Positions 40,164 to 50,505 of a DNA stretch of 64,000 bases are shown piece by piece (position 1 is the stretch's first letter; each line of letters begins with the position of its first letter). Location of the stretch: NCBI RefSeq assembly GCF_028291725.1, contig NZ_JAQGNT010000062.1, positions 2,966-66,965 of the forward strand, written 5' to 3'. The position numbers and the translations under genes were made by a program. Source of the DNA: Hydrocarboniphaga sp. GTDB lineage: Bacteria > Pseudomonadota > Gammaproteobacteria > Nevskiales > Nevskiaceae. Below the pieces are notes generated by a model. The model was not told the DNA's origin, did no database searches, and worked only from the letters and a program-made list of their open reading frames with translations.

Positions 40164-40696
40164 ATGACCCGCTGAATCTCGAGCTGCAGCCTCGCCTCCA
40201 CGGCGAAACGATCTCCCTGGCTCCCCTGCGAGCCGACGATTTCGAAGCCCTGTACGCAGTGGCTTCAGACCCGCTGATCTGGGAGCAGCATCCCGATCCG
40301 CTGCGGTATCAGAGGCCGGTATTCGAACAATTCTTCTCCGATGCGCTCGCGTCCGGCGGCGCGCTGGTCATTGTCGACACGGCGTCGGGTCGGGTCATCG
40401 GCTCGTCCCGCTACTACGAATGGATGCCGGCGGATCGGGAGATCGCGATTGGCTATACCTTTCTGGCCCGGAGCCATTGGGGCGGGCGAACCAACCTTGA
40501 GGCGAAGTGGCTGATGATCCGTCACGCATTCCGTCGCGCAGAAATCGTCTGGTTTCACGTCGGCAAGAACAACTGGCGTTCGCGCATGGCCATGAAGAAG
40601 ATCGGTGGAGTCTTCTCCCATGAGGCACCCAAGGAGTTGAATGGCCGTGTGCGGGACTATGTCTTCTTCAAAATCGAGGCGCCGCTGGAACTATAG
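40160..40696 (+). CDS. RimJ/RimL-type GNAT acetyltransferase
   Basis: SDPLIWEQHP, IGSSRYY, IGYTFLARSHWG, NWRS..AM.KIG. Confidence 0.85.
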   Translation: MNDPLNLELQPRLHGETISLAPLRADDFEALYAVASDPLIWEQHPDPLRYQRPVFEQFFSDALASGGALVIVDTASGRVIGSSRYYEWMPADREIAIGYTFLARSHWGGRTNLEAKWLMIRHAFRRAEIVWFHVGKNNWRSRMAMKKIGGVFSHEAPKELNGRVRDYVFFKIEAPLEL

Positions 40697-40861
40697 AGAA
40701 TGGCCAAGGTGATCCGAATGCCCGACGGTAGCGCAGCAAAACGAGCCAAACCTCTGAGGGCGATGCTCCGGAGCTTTACGGTACAGAGCAAAGCCGGGTT
40801 TTTACGCATCGATCCCGGGGCGCGTCACGCGCTCAATATTCGTGCAGCACAGCATCGGCCG

Positions 40862-42040
40862 ATGATCGAGCTTTTTTACTTCGATGCCGGTGGCGGGCAT
40901 AGGAGCGCATCGACGGCGCTGCTGCAGGTGATCACGCAGTCCTATCCGCAGTGGCAGGTCACTCTGGTCAATCTGCAGGAGTTGCTTCAGGACATTGATC
41001 CCGTACATCGCCTGTCGAAATTCCAATCTCAGGACGTCTATAACGCCATGCTGAAGCGTGGCTGGACTGGGGCAACAACGGTGATCCTGAGAGCCTTGCA
41101 GCAAGGCATCCGCGCCCTATCGCCCTTGATGGAAATGCAGCTGCGTCGACATTGGCAACAGAGTAAACCCGATCTGGTCGTGTCGCTGATCCCGAATTTC
41201 AACGGGGTGATGTTTCGCGCCTTGCGCGATGTGCTGCCAACAGTTCCCTACATCACCGTGATGACCGATCTGGCCGATTCTCCGCCGCGTTTCTGGCAGG
41301 AAGCCCAGGATCAGTACCTCGTCTGCGGGACCGAAAAGGCAATGCGCCAGGCACGGGCAATCGGCTATCGGCCGAACCGGATCTTCCGCGTGTCCGGCAT
41401 GGTGTTGAAGCCGCAGTTCTATCAAAGCGTCGATCCGTGCGCCGTATTGACACGCCAGGCAATCGGTCTGAATGACGCCCGCCCGGTGGCCCTGATCATG
41501 TTCGGCGGTTACAGCGCGGATACCGCTCTGCAGATCGTCCACACGCTGCGCGACGACCATCCTTCGGTGCAGACGATCGTGATGTGTGGACACAACGAAG
41601 CACTGAGGCGGAAGCTCCAGGGGATCGACGGCTGCCATGCCGTCGGATTCACATCGGACGTGCCGTCCTACCTGCGCCTGGCCGACTTCTTCATTGGCAA
41701 GCCGGGGCCCGGAAGCATCAGCGAGGCACTCCATATCGGACTGCCGGTCATCGTCGAACGAACCCGTAAAACAATGACACAGGAGCGCTACAACACGGTT
41801 TGGATTGAAGAGCAGAAGATCGGCATTGTCGTCACAGGGTTCGACAAAATCAGTTCGGCCGTTGAAAAGATGTTGCGCAGGAATGTTCTGGCCAGGTTTC
41901 GCGCCAATGCGGCAAGGCTCGACAATCAGGCACTGTTCGAAATACCGAGGATATTCGATCAGATCCTCGCGGATCACTCCGCTGCCGCGCACGCCGTCGC
42001 AGTGAGCGCGGCCATCAGGCCCCGTGTCGAGGCCGGTTAG
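40862..42040 (+). CDS. MGDG-synthase/UgtP-like GT28 glycosyltransferase
   Basis: DAGGGHRSAS, TVMTD, GFTSDV, GKPGPGSISEA, QERYN. Confidence 0.82.
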   Translation: MIELFYFDAGGGHRSASTALLQVITQSYPQWQVTLVNLQELLQDIDPVHRLSKFQSQDVYNAMLKRGWTGATTVILRALQQGIRALSPLMEMQLRRHWQQSKPDLVVSLIPNFNGVMFRALRDVLPTVPYITVMTDLADSPPRFWQEAQDQYLVCGTEKAMRQARAIGYRPNRIFRVSGMVLKPQFYQSVDPCAVLTRQAIGLNDARPVALIMFGGYSADTALQIVHTLRDDHPSVQTIVMCGHNEALRRKLQGIDGCHAVGFTSDVPSYLRLADFFIGKPGPGSISEALHIGLPVIVERTRKTMTQERYNTVWIEEQKIGIVVTGFDKISSAVEKMLRRNVLARFRANAARLDNQALFEIPRIFDQILADHSAAAHAVAVSAAIRPRVEAG

Positions 42041-42109
42041 ACGCTTGAGAATCGACGCTCGCCGCCAGCGTTGACTGGAGGCAACGAGCACTTACGAGCA
42101 CTCACGACA

Positions 42110-43252
42110 CTACGGTCGCGAATCCAGTTTGTCCGGCAAGTCGCCGGGCGCCGCGTCGATGATGGTGGCATGAAGCAGCTCGCGATTGGCCTCACCCAGT
42201 TTTGGGGCGTCGGCGAGCCGTGGCACTGCGGCGTCGACGAACTTCACCGCGCAGGCCGACGCCGGCCCGCCTGCTGCCCGCTCGACCATGCCGCGCGCGA
42301 CGATCTGCGGGTGGAGCATGGCCTCCTCCGGTTTCAGCACCGCGCACGCACAGCAGTCAGCGGCGCTCAGCAGTGCATCCCAGTGTTCGCGCGTGCGTGT
42401 CTTGAACAGCGCCACCAGTTCGGCCGCGGTGCGCTCCGAACTGCCGTCGGCGACCAGGTCGGGACGCTCGACAGCCGCGCAGAACGCCGCCCAGAACTTG
42501 GGCTCCAGCGCGCCGACCGCGACATGTCCGCCATCGGCGCATTCATAGACCGCGTAGCGTGCCAGGCCGCCGCTGAGCATGTCGTTGCCGCGCGGTCGCG
42601 ACCGGCCGTCATGACGGATCGCGACCATCGCCATCAGGTTCAGCGCGAAGCTGCCGTCGAGCAACGAGGCGTCGACAAAGGCGCCGGTACCGCTGCCGCG
42701 CGCACCTATCACCGCGGCCAGGATCGCCGATGCGCAATGCAGCGCGCCGCCGGCCAGATCGGCTATCGGGATGTTCGACATCGCCGGCGCCTGGCCGGCG
42801 TCGCCGCTCTGGTCGAGCAGGCCGGAAATCGCCTGCGCATTGAGGTCGTGACTGGCCGCATCGCGCAGGGGTCCGTACTGACCGTAGCCGGTCAGCGCCG
42901 CGTAGACCAGCTTTGGATTGCGGCTGCGCAAGGTCTGATAGCCGCAGCCTAGCCGGTCCATCACGCCGGGCCTGAAAGACTCCAGCAGCACGTCGGCGGT
43001 GTCGATCAGGCGCAGGAACGCGGCAAGCCCGTCGGCCCGGCGCAGATCCAGGGTCACCGAGCGTTTGCCGCGATTGACCAGCTCGAACAGCTGCGGCTCC
43101 AGCGAGCGCCCGTAGTCGCCGCCGTCGGGCTCCTCGACCTTGATCACTTCCGCGCCGTACTGCGCCAGCAGCAGCGAGCAGTAAGGGCCGGGCAGCAGCC
43201 GCGACAGATCGATGACGCGGACACCGGCCAGCAGGGAGTTCATCGTGCTCAT
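42110..43252 (-). CDS. CaiB/BaiF family III CoA-transferase
   Basis: DLSRLLPGP, GAEVIKVE, NRGKRS, ESFRPGVM, HDLN, IADLAGG. Confidence 0.92.
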   Translation of the reverse strand: MSTMNSLLAGVRVIDLSRLLPGPYCSLLLAQYGAEVIKVEEPDGGDYGRSLEPQLFELVNRGKRSVTLDLRRADGLAAFLRLIDTADVLLESFRPGVMDRLGCGYQTLRSRNPKLVYAALTGYGQYGPLRDAASHDLNAQAISGLLDQSGDAGQAPAMSNIPIADLAGGALHCASAILAAVIGARGSGTGAFVDASLLDGSFALNLMAMVAIRHDGRSRPRGNDMLSGGLARYAVYECADGGHVAVGALEPKFWAAFCAAVERPDLVADGSSERTAAELVALFKTRTREHWDALLSAADCCACAVLKPEEAMLHPQIVARGMVERAAGGPASACAVKFVDAAVPRLADAPKLGEANRELLHATIIDAAPGDLPDKLDSRP

Positions 43253-43263
43253 CGCTTCAGACT

Positions 43264-46200
43264 CTAGTGCTCGACCACCAATGCCGCCGTCGGCGCTTTC
43301 GCGGCGCGGATCTTCGCGTAGTCGCGGCCGATGTACAAATACGCAGCCGGCACGATGTACAGCGTGAACAGCGTGCCGATGAACATACCGGCCGCGATCA
43401 CCAGGCCGATGCAGAACCGCGAAGCCGCACCGGGGCCGGACGCGGACAGCAGCGGCACCATGCCGATCACCAGCGCGGCGGTGGTCATCAGCACCGGTCG
43501 CAGGCGGATCGAGGCGGCCTCCTCGATCGCGTCACGCTTGGCCATGCCCTGCTGCTGCAGCTTGTTGGCGAACTCGACGATCAGGATGCCGTGCTTGGAG
43601 ATCACGCCGATCAGCGTCACCAGACCAACCTCGGTGTAGATGTTCAAGGTCATGCCGGGGAAGTGGGTCAGCTGCATGCCGTTGGTGATCGAGAAGATGT
43701 TGATCAGCAGCAGTGCGCCGCAGATCGACATCGGCACCGTCACCAGCATGATCAAGGGATCGGTGAACGACTCGAACTGCGCGGCCAGCACCAGATAGAT
43801 CACGATCAGTGCGAATGCGAAGGTCAGCAGCAGCGCTGAACCTTCCTGCTTGAACTGGCGCGAGGCACCGGCATAGTCGAGCTGGTAGCCGCTGGGCATG
43901 ATTTCCTGCGCCGTCTTCTCAAGGAATGCCAGCGCATCGCCCTGGGTCACGTCAGGGCGCGGCACCGCAATGATGCTCACCGAATTCAGCTGCTGCGAGT
44001 GCTCGATCGAACGCGGCACGACGCGCTCACTGACTTTGACCAGCGTGGATATCGGCACCAGTTCGCCGCTTGCGGCGCGCGTGTAGAAGCCGTCGATCTG
44101 GCCGGAATCGAGCCGGCCGGCTCGCTGCACCTGTTGGATCACCTTGTACGAGCGGTTGTCGTAGGAGAAGCGGTTGACCTCGCCGCCGGCGAACAGGGCC
44201 GACAGGTCGGCGCTGAGCTGCTGCATGCTCACACCCATCAGCGCGGCCTTGTCGCGGTCGATATCGATAACCGCCTCAGGCCTGTCGATGCGCAGGTTGG
44301 GCGCGGCGTAGAAGAACTTCTTCGAGGCCATCGCGCGGCCGACCACTTCGTCGGCGACGCGCGACATCGCGACCGGATCGGCGGTGGACTTGAGCACGAA
44401 CTCCACCGGATAACCCTGTCCCGGCGTCGGCAGTGCCGGCGGCTGGATGCCGGCGAAGCGCACGCCGGAAATCTCGGCCATTTTCGGCATCAGCCCGGCC
44501 AGCACCTGATCCGTCGGCTTCGGATGCTGCTTCCAGGGCTTCATGATCATGCCCATAAAGCTCTGGTTGGTATTGCCGCCGCTGCCGATCGTGAAGCCGA
44601 AAATACGGTCGATGCTGGGATCGGCCTTGGCAACCTTCTGCACCTCCATGAAGTAGCGGTCCATGTACTCCATCGTCGAGTAGCCATCAGTCTCGATGAT
44701 CGCGAACGCGAACCCGAAGTCCTCCTGCGGCGCCAGCTCGCCGGGCGTAGAAAACGCCAGGGCGAAACAGGACGCAAATACGATCGCCCCGAATACACCG
44801 ATCACGTGCACGGTGTTCAGAGCGCCGTGCAAACGCTGCTTGTAGCCATGGCGCCAGGTCTCGAACTTGCCGTCCAGGTACAGCGCCAGCTTGTTGGGCT
44901 TGACGCCGTCGCCGCCGTGCGTGGAGCGCAACAGCTTGCTGCACATCATCGGCGTCAGTGTCAGCGCGATGACGCCGGAGATGAACACGCTCGCGGCCAG
45001 CGTGAATGCGAACTCCGAGAACAGCTTGCCGGTAATGCCGGTCAGAAAGCCGATCGGCGCGTACACCGACACCAGTGTGATCGTCATCGCGATCACCGGG
45101 CCGACCAGTTCGCGCGCGCCGCGGATGCTGGCGTCCAGCGGCGTCATGCCGTCCTCCATATGCCGGTGGATGTTCTCCATGACGATGATCGCGTCATCGA
45201 CGACCATGCCGATCGCCAGCACCATCGCCAGCAAGGTCAGCAGATTGAAGCTGTAGCCGAGCACCAGCATGAAGAACACGCCGCCCATCAGCGACAGCGG
45301 CACGGTGACCGCCGGGATCATTGAATTACGGATCGAGCCGAGGAACAGGAAGATCACGACGATGACGATGATCATCGCCTCGGCCAGGGTCTTCTGCACT
45401 TCCTTGACGGCGTCGCGCACGTAGTCGGTGCCGTCATACGCGATGCGCGCCTCCAGGCCTTGCGGCAGATTCTGATGCACGCTCGGCCACATGTCCTTCA
45501 CCGCCTGGGTCACTTCGAGCACGTTGGCATCGGGCCGGGCCTTGATACCGATGAACACCGCGCTCTGCAGGTTCCAGGTGGCGCCGCCATCGTAGCTGGA
45601 CGAACCGAGCTGCACGTCGGCGACATCCTTCAGCCGCGTGACCGAAGCGCCGTCGGTCTTGACCACGAGCTGCTCGAAGTCCTCGGGCTTGCGCAGATCG
45701 GTGCGCGCGGAAATGCCGATGCGCACGTCGGCGCCCTTGGTTTCGCCGACTGCCGCAATCACGTTCTGGTTACGGATCTGCGCCGTCACCTCACCCGCGG
45801 TGAGATTGTGCGCAGCGAGCCGGTCACCCCTGAGCCAGACGCGCAGCGCGTAGTCGAAGCCGCCCTGCAGGTCCGCGCGCTGCACGCCGGGTATCGCGGC
45901 CAGCTGCGGCAGCACGATACGCGTCACGTAGTCGTTGATCTGGCTGGCATCCAGCACATCGGAGTAAAACGACAGGTACATCGACGCGGTGCCACCGGCC
46001 TCGGTCAATTCGACCACCGGGTCGTCCGAGGCCTGTGGCAACTGGCTGCGCAGCTTGTTGACCTTGGCCGAAATCTCGGTGATCGCCTCGTTGGGGTTCT
46101 TGTTCAGGCGCAAGTTCGCGGTGATCGTGCTCAGGCCCTGGGCGGAGCTCGACGTCAGGAAGTCGATGCCGTCGGCAGTCGCGATCTCGCGTTCCAGCGG

Positions 46201-46395
46201 GGTAGTGATGAAGCCTTCCATCAACGAGGCGTCGGCGCCCGGATACGCGACCGTCACGTTGACCTGCGCGTTCTGCAGGTACGGATATTCGCGGATTGTC
46301 AAGGTGGTCGCCGCGCGCAGGCCGAGCAGCAGGATCACCAGACTGATAACCGATGCCAGCACCGGCCGCTTGATGAAGATGTCGGTGAAATGCAT
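43264..46395 (-). CDS. RND efflux permease (MexW/MexI-like)
   Basis: FIKRPV, GMVVDDAIIVMENI, GVISKHGILIVEFAN, RLRPVLMT. Confidence 0.95.
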   Translation of the reverse strand: MHFTDIFIKRPVLASVISLVILLLGLRAATTLTIREYPYLQNAQVNVTVAYPGADASLMEGFITTPLEREIATADGIDFLTSSSAQGLSTITANLRLNKNPNEAITEISAKVNKLRSQLPQASDDPVVELTEAGGTASMYLSFYSDVLDASQINDYVTRIVLPQLAAIPGVQRADLQGGFDYALRVWLRGDRLAAHNLTAGEVTAQIRNQNVIAAVGETKGADVRIGISARTDLRKPEDFEQLVVKTDGASVTRLKDVADVQLGSSSYDGGATWNLQSAVFIGIKARPDANVLEVTQAVKDMWPSVHQNLPQGLEARIAYDGTDYVRDAVKEVQKTLAEAMIIVIVVIFLFLGSIRNSMIPAVTVPLSLMGGVFFMLVLGYSFNLLTLLAMVLAIGMVVDDAIIVMENIHRHMEDGMTPLDASIRGARELVGPVIAMTITLVSVYAPIGFLTGITGKLFSEFAFTLAASVFISGVIALTLTPMMCSKLLRSTHGGDGVKPNKLALYLDGKFETWRHGYKQRLHGALNTVHVIGVFGAIVFASCFALAFSTPGELAPQEDFGFAFAIIETDGYSTMEYMDRYFMEVQKVAKADPSIDRIFGFTIGSGGNTNQSFMGMIMKPWKQHPKPTDQVLAGLMPKMAEISGVRFAGIQPPALPTPGQGYPVEFVLKSTADPVAMSRVADEVVGRAMASKKFFYAAPNLRIDRPEAVIDIDRDKAALMGVSMQQLSADLSALFAGGEVNRFSYDNRSYKVIQQVQRAGRLDSGQIDGFYTRAASGELVPISTLVKVSERVVPRSIEHSQQLNSVSIIAVPRPDVTQGDALAFLEKTAQEIMPSGYQLDYAGASRQFKQEGSALLLTFAFALIVIYLVLAAQFESFTDPLIMLVTVPMSICGALLLINIFSITNGMQLTHFPGMTLNIYTEVGLVTLIGVISKHGILIVEFANKLQQQGMAKRDAIEEAASIRLRPVLMTTAALVIGMVPLLSASGPGAASRFCIGLVIAAGMFIGTLFTLYIVPAAYLYIGRDYAKIRAAKAPTAALVVEH

Positions 46396-46396
46396 T

Positions 46397-46507
46397 TCAG
46401 CTCTCCGCCGGCTTCGGGTTCAGATCGAGCTCGGGCTGGATCCAGTTGATGACGATGATCACCGGCTGTTCGTTGCAGCCGCCCGACAAGGATTTCGGCA
46501 TTCTCAT
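46397..46507 (-). pseudogene. 36-aa mini-ORF paralogous to the MFP C-terminus
   Basis: MRMPKSLSGGCNEQPVIIVINWIQPELDLNPKPAES versus the MFP end NEQPVIINNSIQPELQLNPKPAES. Confidence 0.7.
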
Positions 46508-46508
46508 C

Positions 46509-47693
46509 TCAGCTCTCCGCAGGCTTCGGGTTGAGTTGCAGCTCGGGCTGGATCGAGTTGTTGATGATCACGGGCTGTTCGTTGCGCAGCTTCAGCAGGC
46601 CGGAGGTGGCGACCTGCTCACCGGGCTTGAGGCCGTCGATCACCGCAACGAAATCGCCGCGCACTTCGCCGAGTTTGACGAAGCGCTGGATCACGATCAG
46701 ATCGGCAGCCGGCGGCGAGGCCGGGCCGGCAGCGGCCTTCTTTGCGGGCTCGGCAGCATCGCTGCCCGGCGTCGCCGCAGGCTTCTTTTGGACGACGAAA
46801 ACCGCGGTGCCATACGAGCTGTAGCTGATCGCGGTACGCGGCACCACCAGCAGATTGCGCTCGCCCGGCAGCGCCAGCTTGACGCGGCCGAACTGGCCCG
46901 GCGTCAGCTTGCGATCCGGATTGGGCATACGCGCGCGCAGCTTGAAATTGCGCGTCGCCACGTCCACGCGCGGCTCGATCGCCAGCACCGCGCCGTCGAA
47001 TGCATTGCCCGGATACGAGTCGACCGTAACCGCGACCTTGAAGCCCGGCTGCACCACGCCGACGTACTGCTCGGGCAGATCGAAATCGAACTCGATGGGA
47101 TCGACCGACTGCAGCGTGACGATCGCGGTGCCCGGCTGCAGGTACTCGCCAACGGTGACCCGGCGAATGCCGAGCTGGCCGGCGAACGGTGCGCGGATAT
47201 CCTTCTTCGCCAGCAGCGCGGTCTGCGACTGTACCGCCGCTTTGGCGGCGTTGGCTTCGGAGACCGCAGCGTCGTAATCGGACTTGGCAATCGCCTCGAG
47301 TTTGAACAGTTTCTCGCGGCGTACACGGTTGAGTTCGCTCAACTCGGCATTTGCCTTGAGCCGGTTCAGCTCGCCGAGTTCGGAGGCGGAATCCAGAGTC
47401 AGCAGGCGCGCGCCCTTGGCGACTTGTCGCCCCGATTCGAACAGCACCTGGGTGACGATGCCACCGACTTCGGCGGTCACGTCGGCGCCATTGACCGGCA
47501 CCAGCGTGCCGATCGCCTCGAGCTTGTTGTCCCAGGTCATGGCCTGAACCGCGCCGGCCGACACCGTTGCCGCCGGCACCGGCATCGAGTCGACGTACTG
47601 GTTCATCATCTTGGTCATGAAAAGCTTGCCGCCGAACACGGCGCCGAACACCAGCACGCATGCCACCAGCACGATGATCATTCTCTTGGTCAT
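46509..47693 (-). CDS. RND periplasmic adaptor (MFP)
   Basis: N-terminal TM, lipoyl-like halves, IRAPFAG, GLKPGEQV. Confidence 0.93.
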   Translation of the reverse strand: MTKRMIIVLVACVLVFGAVFGGKLFMTKMMNQYVDSMPVPAATVSAGAVQAMTWDNKLEAIGTLVPVNGADVTAEVGGIVTQVLFESGRQVAKGARLLTLDSASELGELNRLKANAELSELNRVRREKLFKLEAIAKSDYDAAVSEANAAKAAVQSQTALLAKKDIRAPFAGQLGIRRVTVGEYLQPGTAIVTLQSVDPIEFDFDLPEQYVGVVQPGFKVAVTVDSYPGNAFDGAVLAIEPRVDVATRNFKLRARMPNPDRKLTPGQFGRVKLALPGERNLLVVPRTAISYSSYGTAVFVVQKKPAATPGSDAAEPAKKAAAGPASPPAADLIVIQRFVKLGEVRGDFVAVIDGLKPGEQVATSGLLKLRNEQPVIINNSIQPELQLNPKPAES

Positions 47694-47761
47694 ATCCGCT
47701 TTCCCAGCCTTTTCGTGTTGCCGCTTGCGATCCGCGCAGGAACCGCTGTGGTATAGGTCGA

Positions 47762-49156
47762 TCAGTTCTTCAAGTCGTTGTTCTGCTGCGCCTGCGGCGC
47801 CAGCAGCAGCGCGTCGATCTCGGCGAAATCGCGCTCGCTCAGGCGACCAACGGTCTGCTTGAGCTGCAGCAGGTTCAGCAGCAGGTTGTAGCGCGTGGTC
47901 GACAGGTCGAGCCGCGCCTGCACCAGCTGACTCTGCGCATTGAGCACGTCGGTGATGGTGCGCGTGCCGGCGTCGTAGCCGTTACGCGTCGCCGCCTGCG
48001 CGGCTTCCGCCGAGGTCACCGATTTCTCATAGGCGCGGTTCTCGATGTACGCGGTCTCGACGCTGCGGAACAGCTGCCGGGTCTCGCGCTCGGTTTCGCG
48101 CTGGATGCGCTCGAAATCCGCCGCAGCAGCGCGCTGCTGCGCAGCCGCCTGACGCAGACCGGCGCGGGTCGCGCCACCCGCGTAGATCGGTATGTTGAGT
48201 TCGACGCCGATGCGCGCATCGTCGGTGCGTGAGCCGAACGCGTAGTGGCTGGTGTCGTCGCGGCCGGCGCTGCCGACCAGATCCAGCGTCGGGTAGGCCT
48301 GCGCACGCGTGGTCTCGGAGCGCGTGCGCGCGATCTCCGCAGCGACCTGCGCGCTGGCGATGCGCGGGCTGGCGGCGCGCGCGGCGGCGACCCATTCCTC
48401 GGCGGTCGCCGGCATCAGCGCCGGAAACGTGACCTGCGCCGGCAGCGCCGGCAGCGCCGCCGCGCCGTTACCGGTGGTCTCCTGCAACTCGTCGCGCGCG
48501 TTTTCCAGATTGCGCCGCGCCGTCACACGCTGCGCCTGCGCCAGATCCTGGCGCGCCTGCGCTTCCTTCAGATCCGTACCCGGCACCAGTTCGACTTCGT
48601 AGCGCTTGCGCGTGTCTTCCAGCGACTGGTCGACGGCCTGCGCCTCAGCCTCGGCCTGGTCGAGCTGGCTCTGCGCGATCAGCACGTTGAAGTAGCGCTC
48701 GGCGACACGGCGCTGCAGATCAAGCCTCGCGCTGCGCAGCGTCAGCTCGGCCTGGCTTTCGAGCGCGTCGGCGCGATCGCCGATCGCGAACCAGTCGAGC
48801 CGGAACAGTGGCTGACGCAGCTTCGCGGTCGCGCCCCAGGTCGGATAGTCGTCCTGGGCGCTGCCGAACACACCTTTCGACCGGGTGTCGGCATAGGTGC
48901 CGGTGCCCTGTAAATCGACAGTCGGCCGGATCGTCGCGCGCTCGATGATGCCGGCCTCGCGGTCGGACTCGAACTGCGCCTCGAACACCGCCGCAGTGGG
49001 ATCGTGCGTGCGCGCGGCGTCGTAGGCCTCGCTCAGGCTCATCGCGCCGGCGTTGCCGCAGACACAGACTGCGGCAACGCCGGCGGCCCCGAGCACGCGG
49101 CGGATCATGCCGCGACTCAGGCGGGGCAAGGTCTCAGACCTCGCAGCATTGTTCAT
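47762..49156 (-). CDS. TolC-family outer-membrane channel
   Basis: Signal peptide, AERYF, ELNIPIYAGG, GTRTITDVLNAQ. Confidence 0.92.
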   Translation of the reverse strand: MNNAARSETLPRLSRGMIRRVLGAAGVAAVCVCGNAGAMSLSEAYDAARTHDPTAAVFEAQFESDREAGIIERATIRPTVDLQGTGTYADTRSKGVFGSAQDDYPTWGATAKLRQPLFRLDWFAIGDRADALESQAELTLRSARLDLQRRVAERYFNVLIAQSQLDQAEAEAQAVDQSLEDTRKRYEVELVPGTDLKEAQARQDLAQAQRVTARRNLENARDELQETTGNGAAALPALPAQVTFPALMPATAEEWVAAARAASPRIASAQVAAEIARTRSETTRAQAYPTLDLVGSAGRDDTSHYAFGSRTDDARIGVELNIPIYAGGATRAGLRQAAAQQRAAAADFERIQRETERETRQLFRSVETAYIENRAYEKSVTSAEAAQAATRNGYDAGTRTITDVLNAQSQLVQARLDLSTTRYNLLLNLLQLKQTVGRLSERDFAEIDALLLAPQAQQNNDLKN

Positions 49157-49862
49157 CGAACACCTCGGTGAAAATTCTCTGTATCAATGCGTCGAGCGCC
49201 GCATCGTCGGACACGTCGAAGTAGGGCTGCCAGCCCTGACCGTTCAATAGCGACTGCAGATGACGGCACATCAGGCGGTAGGGATCGGGCACCGCGAACG
49301 GATGCATCACCCCTTCCGTGTGCACCAGGTTGTGCATGCCGACCACCAGCGCCCAAAGCCCCAGGCAGACCTGCTCGGCCGGCATGCCCCTGAGGTCGAG
49401 CGAACCGGCCGCGACGGCATCGTTGACGATGCCGACCGCGATCGCCGCGATCGGCGCCTCGGCGTCGAGCACGGACTGGCGGCGCGCCGCCGAAGCCGCG
49501 GTCCAGACTACCTCGCAAAATGCGTACTGGGACATGCGGAAGTGGTCGGGGCTGCGGCGCACGAACAGCATGTCGGCGACCGCGATCCCGAAAATGCGCT
49601 CGCGGGGCGGCGCCCGCCACCGCGCCAGGCGCTCGATCAACTCGGCGTGCTCGACCACGTCCTGCCGCGTCAACTCCAGCAGCAGGTCTTCCTTGGACGC
49701 GAAATGCTGGTACAGGGTGCCGACCGCGTATTCGCATTTCTCGGCGATCCGGGCCATCTGCAGGTTCAGCAGGCCCTCGCTGCGGATCAGCTCGCGCGCG
49801 GTCTCCAGGATCAGTTGCTCCCGGTTGCCCAGTTCCCTCTGGCGTCGCTCCCTGGTTCCCAC
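49134..49862 (-). CDS. TetR-family regulator
   Basis: IAEKCEYAVGTLYQHFASKEDLL HTH; GTG start. Confidence 0.9.
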   Translation of the reverse strand: MGTRERRQRELGNREQLILETARELIRSEGLLNLQMARIAEKCEYAVGTLYQHFASKEDLLLELTRQDVVEHAELIERLARWRAPPRERIFGIAVADMLFVRRSPDHFRMSQYAFCEVVWTAASAARRQSVLDAEAPIAAIAVGIVNDAVAAGSLDLRGMPAEQVCLGLWALVVGMHNLVHTEGVMHPFAVPDPYRLMCRHLQSLLNGQGWQPYFDVSDDAALDALIQRIFTEVFDEQCCEV

Positions 49863-49870
49863 AACCGCAT

Positions 49871-49902
49871 CCGTTCTTTTTTTGAATTATGTTCAAGAAC
49901 GG
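49871..49902. promoter_or_regulatory. probable TetR operator palindrome
   Basis: CCGTTCTT..TTGAA-TTATG-TTCAAGAACGG immediately upstream of tetR. Confidence 0.5.
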
Positions 49903-49983
49903 AGCGGAGATCAAGATATCCCTTGCGCGAACATTGCCCGAAGGGCGGCATGCTTCTAGCGATCCGTTGACCCGAAGCGACGT

Positions 49984-50256
49984 CTAGGGCCCGCTGACCA
50001 CTAGTCGATCGCTGCGTTGCCGCCCAACAGACGGCCAGACAAGGCGCGAGGAGGAAGCATAGTGGTGACTATGGTGACGACGAGCAACGCGGTATGGCCG
50101 TCTGTTGGGCGGCAACCCGGAGGGCTGGCCCCGAAAAGGGCGCATTGCGGCGTCTCTCCCTCCTTGTGTACATTGAGTACACTGCGTCGGTCGTTCCTTG
50201 CACTGCGCCCTTTTCGGGGCCAGCGCAGCGACCGCCTAGTGGTCAGCAGGCCCTAG
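49984..50256. mobile_element. 273-bp MITE-like element with two long internal hairpins
   Basis: 21-bp terminal inverted repeats (20/21 match) bounded by CTAG; internal stems at about 50016-50116 and 50124-50224; non-coding. Confidence 0.7.
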
Positions 50257-50273
50257 GCCAGGATGCAGGCCAA

Positions 50274-50390
50274 TAGTCGACTAGGGTTCCGGCTGCAGCA
50301 GCTGCTGCGGCGCCTGGACCGAGAGTCGACGACCTCAGCAGCACGGTTCATACCGATTGGGGTTACACGGCGGGATAAAAGCCCGGGAGA
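50274..50390 (+). promoter_or_regulatory. guanidine-I (ykkC) riboswitch
   Basis: CTAGGGTTCCG...GGACCGAGAG...ACACGGCGGGATAAAAGCCCGGGAG consensus, upstream of guanidine carboxylase genes. Confidence 0.9.
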
Positions 50391-50505
50391 TCACGTTGCG
50401 CTTTCACGAGCGACTTTGCGTGAGGTCTTCCGCCCACCGTTGTAACGCTGCCGAGGTTCGCATGAGCGCCATCGAGTTCGCCTTCTCCAGTCGCAGGCTC
50501 GCGCC

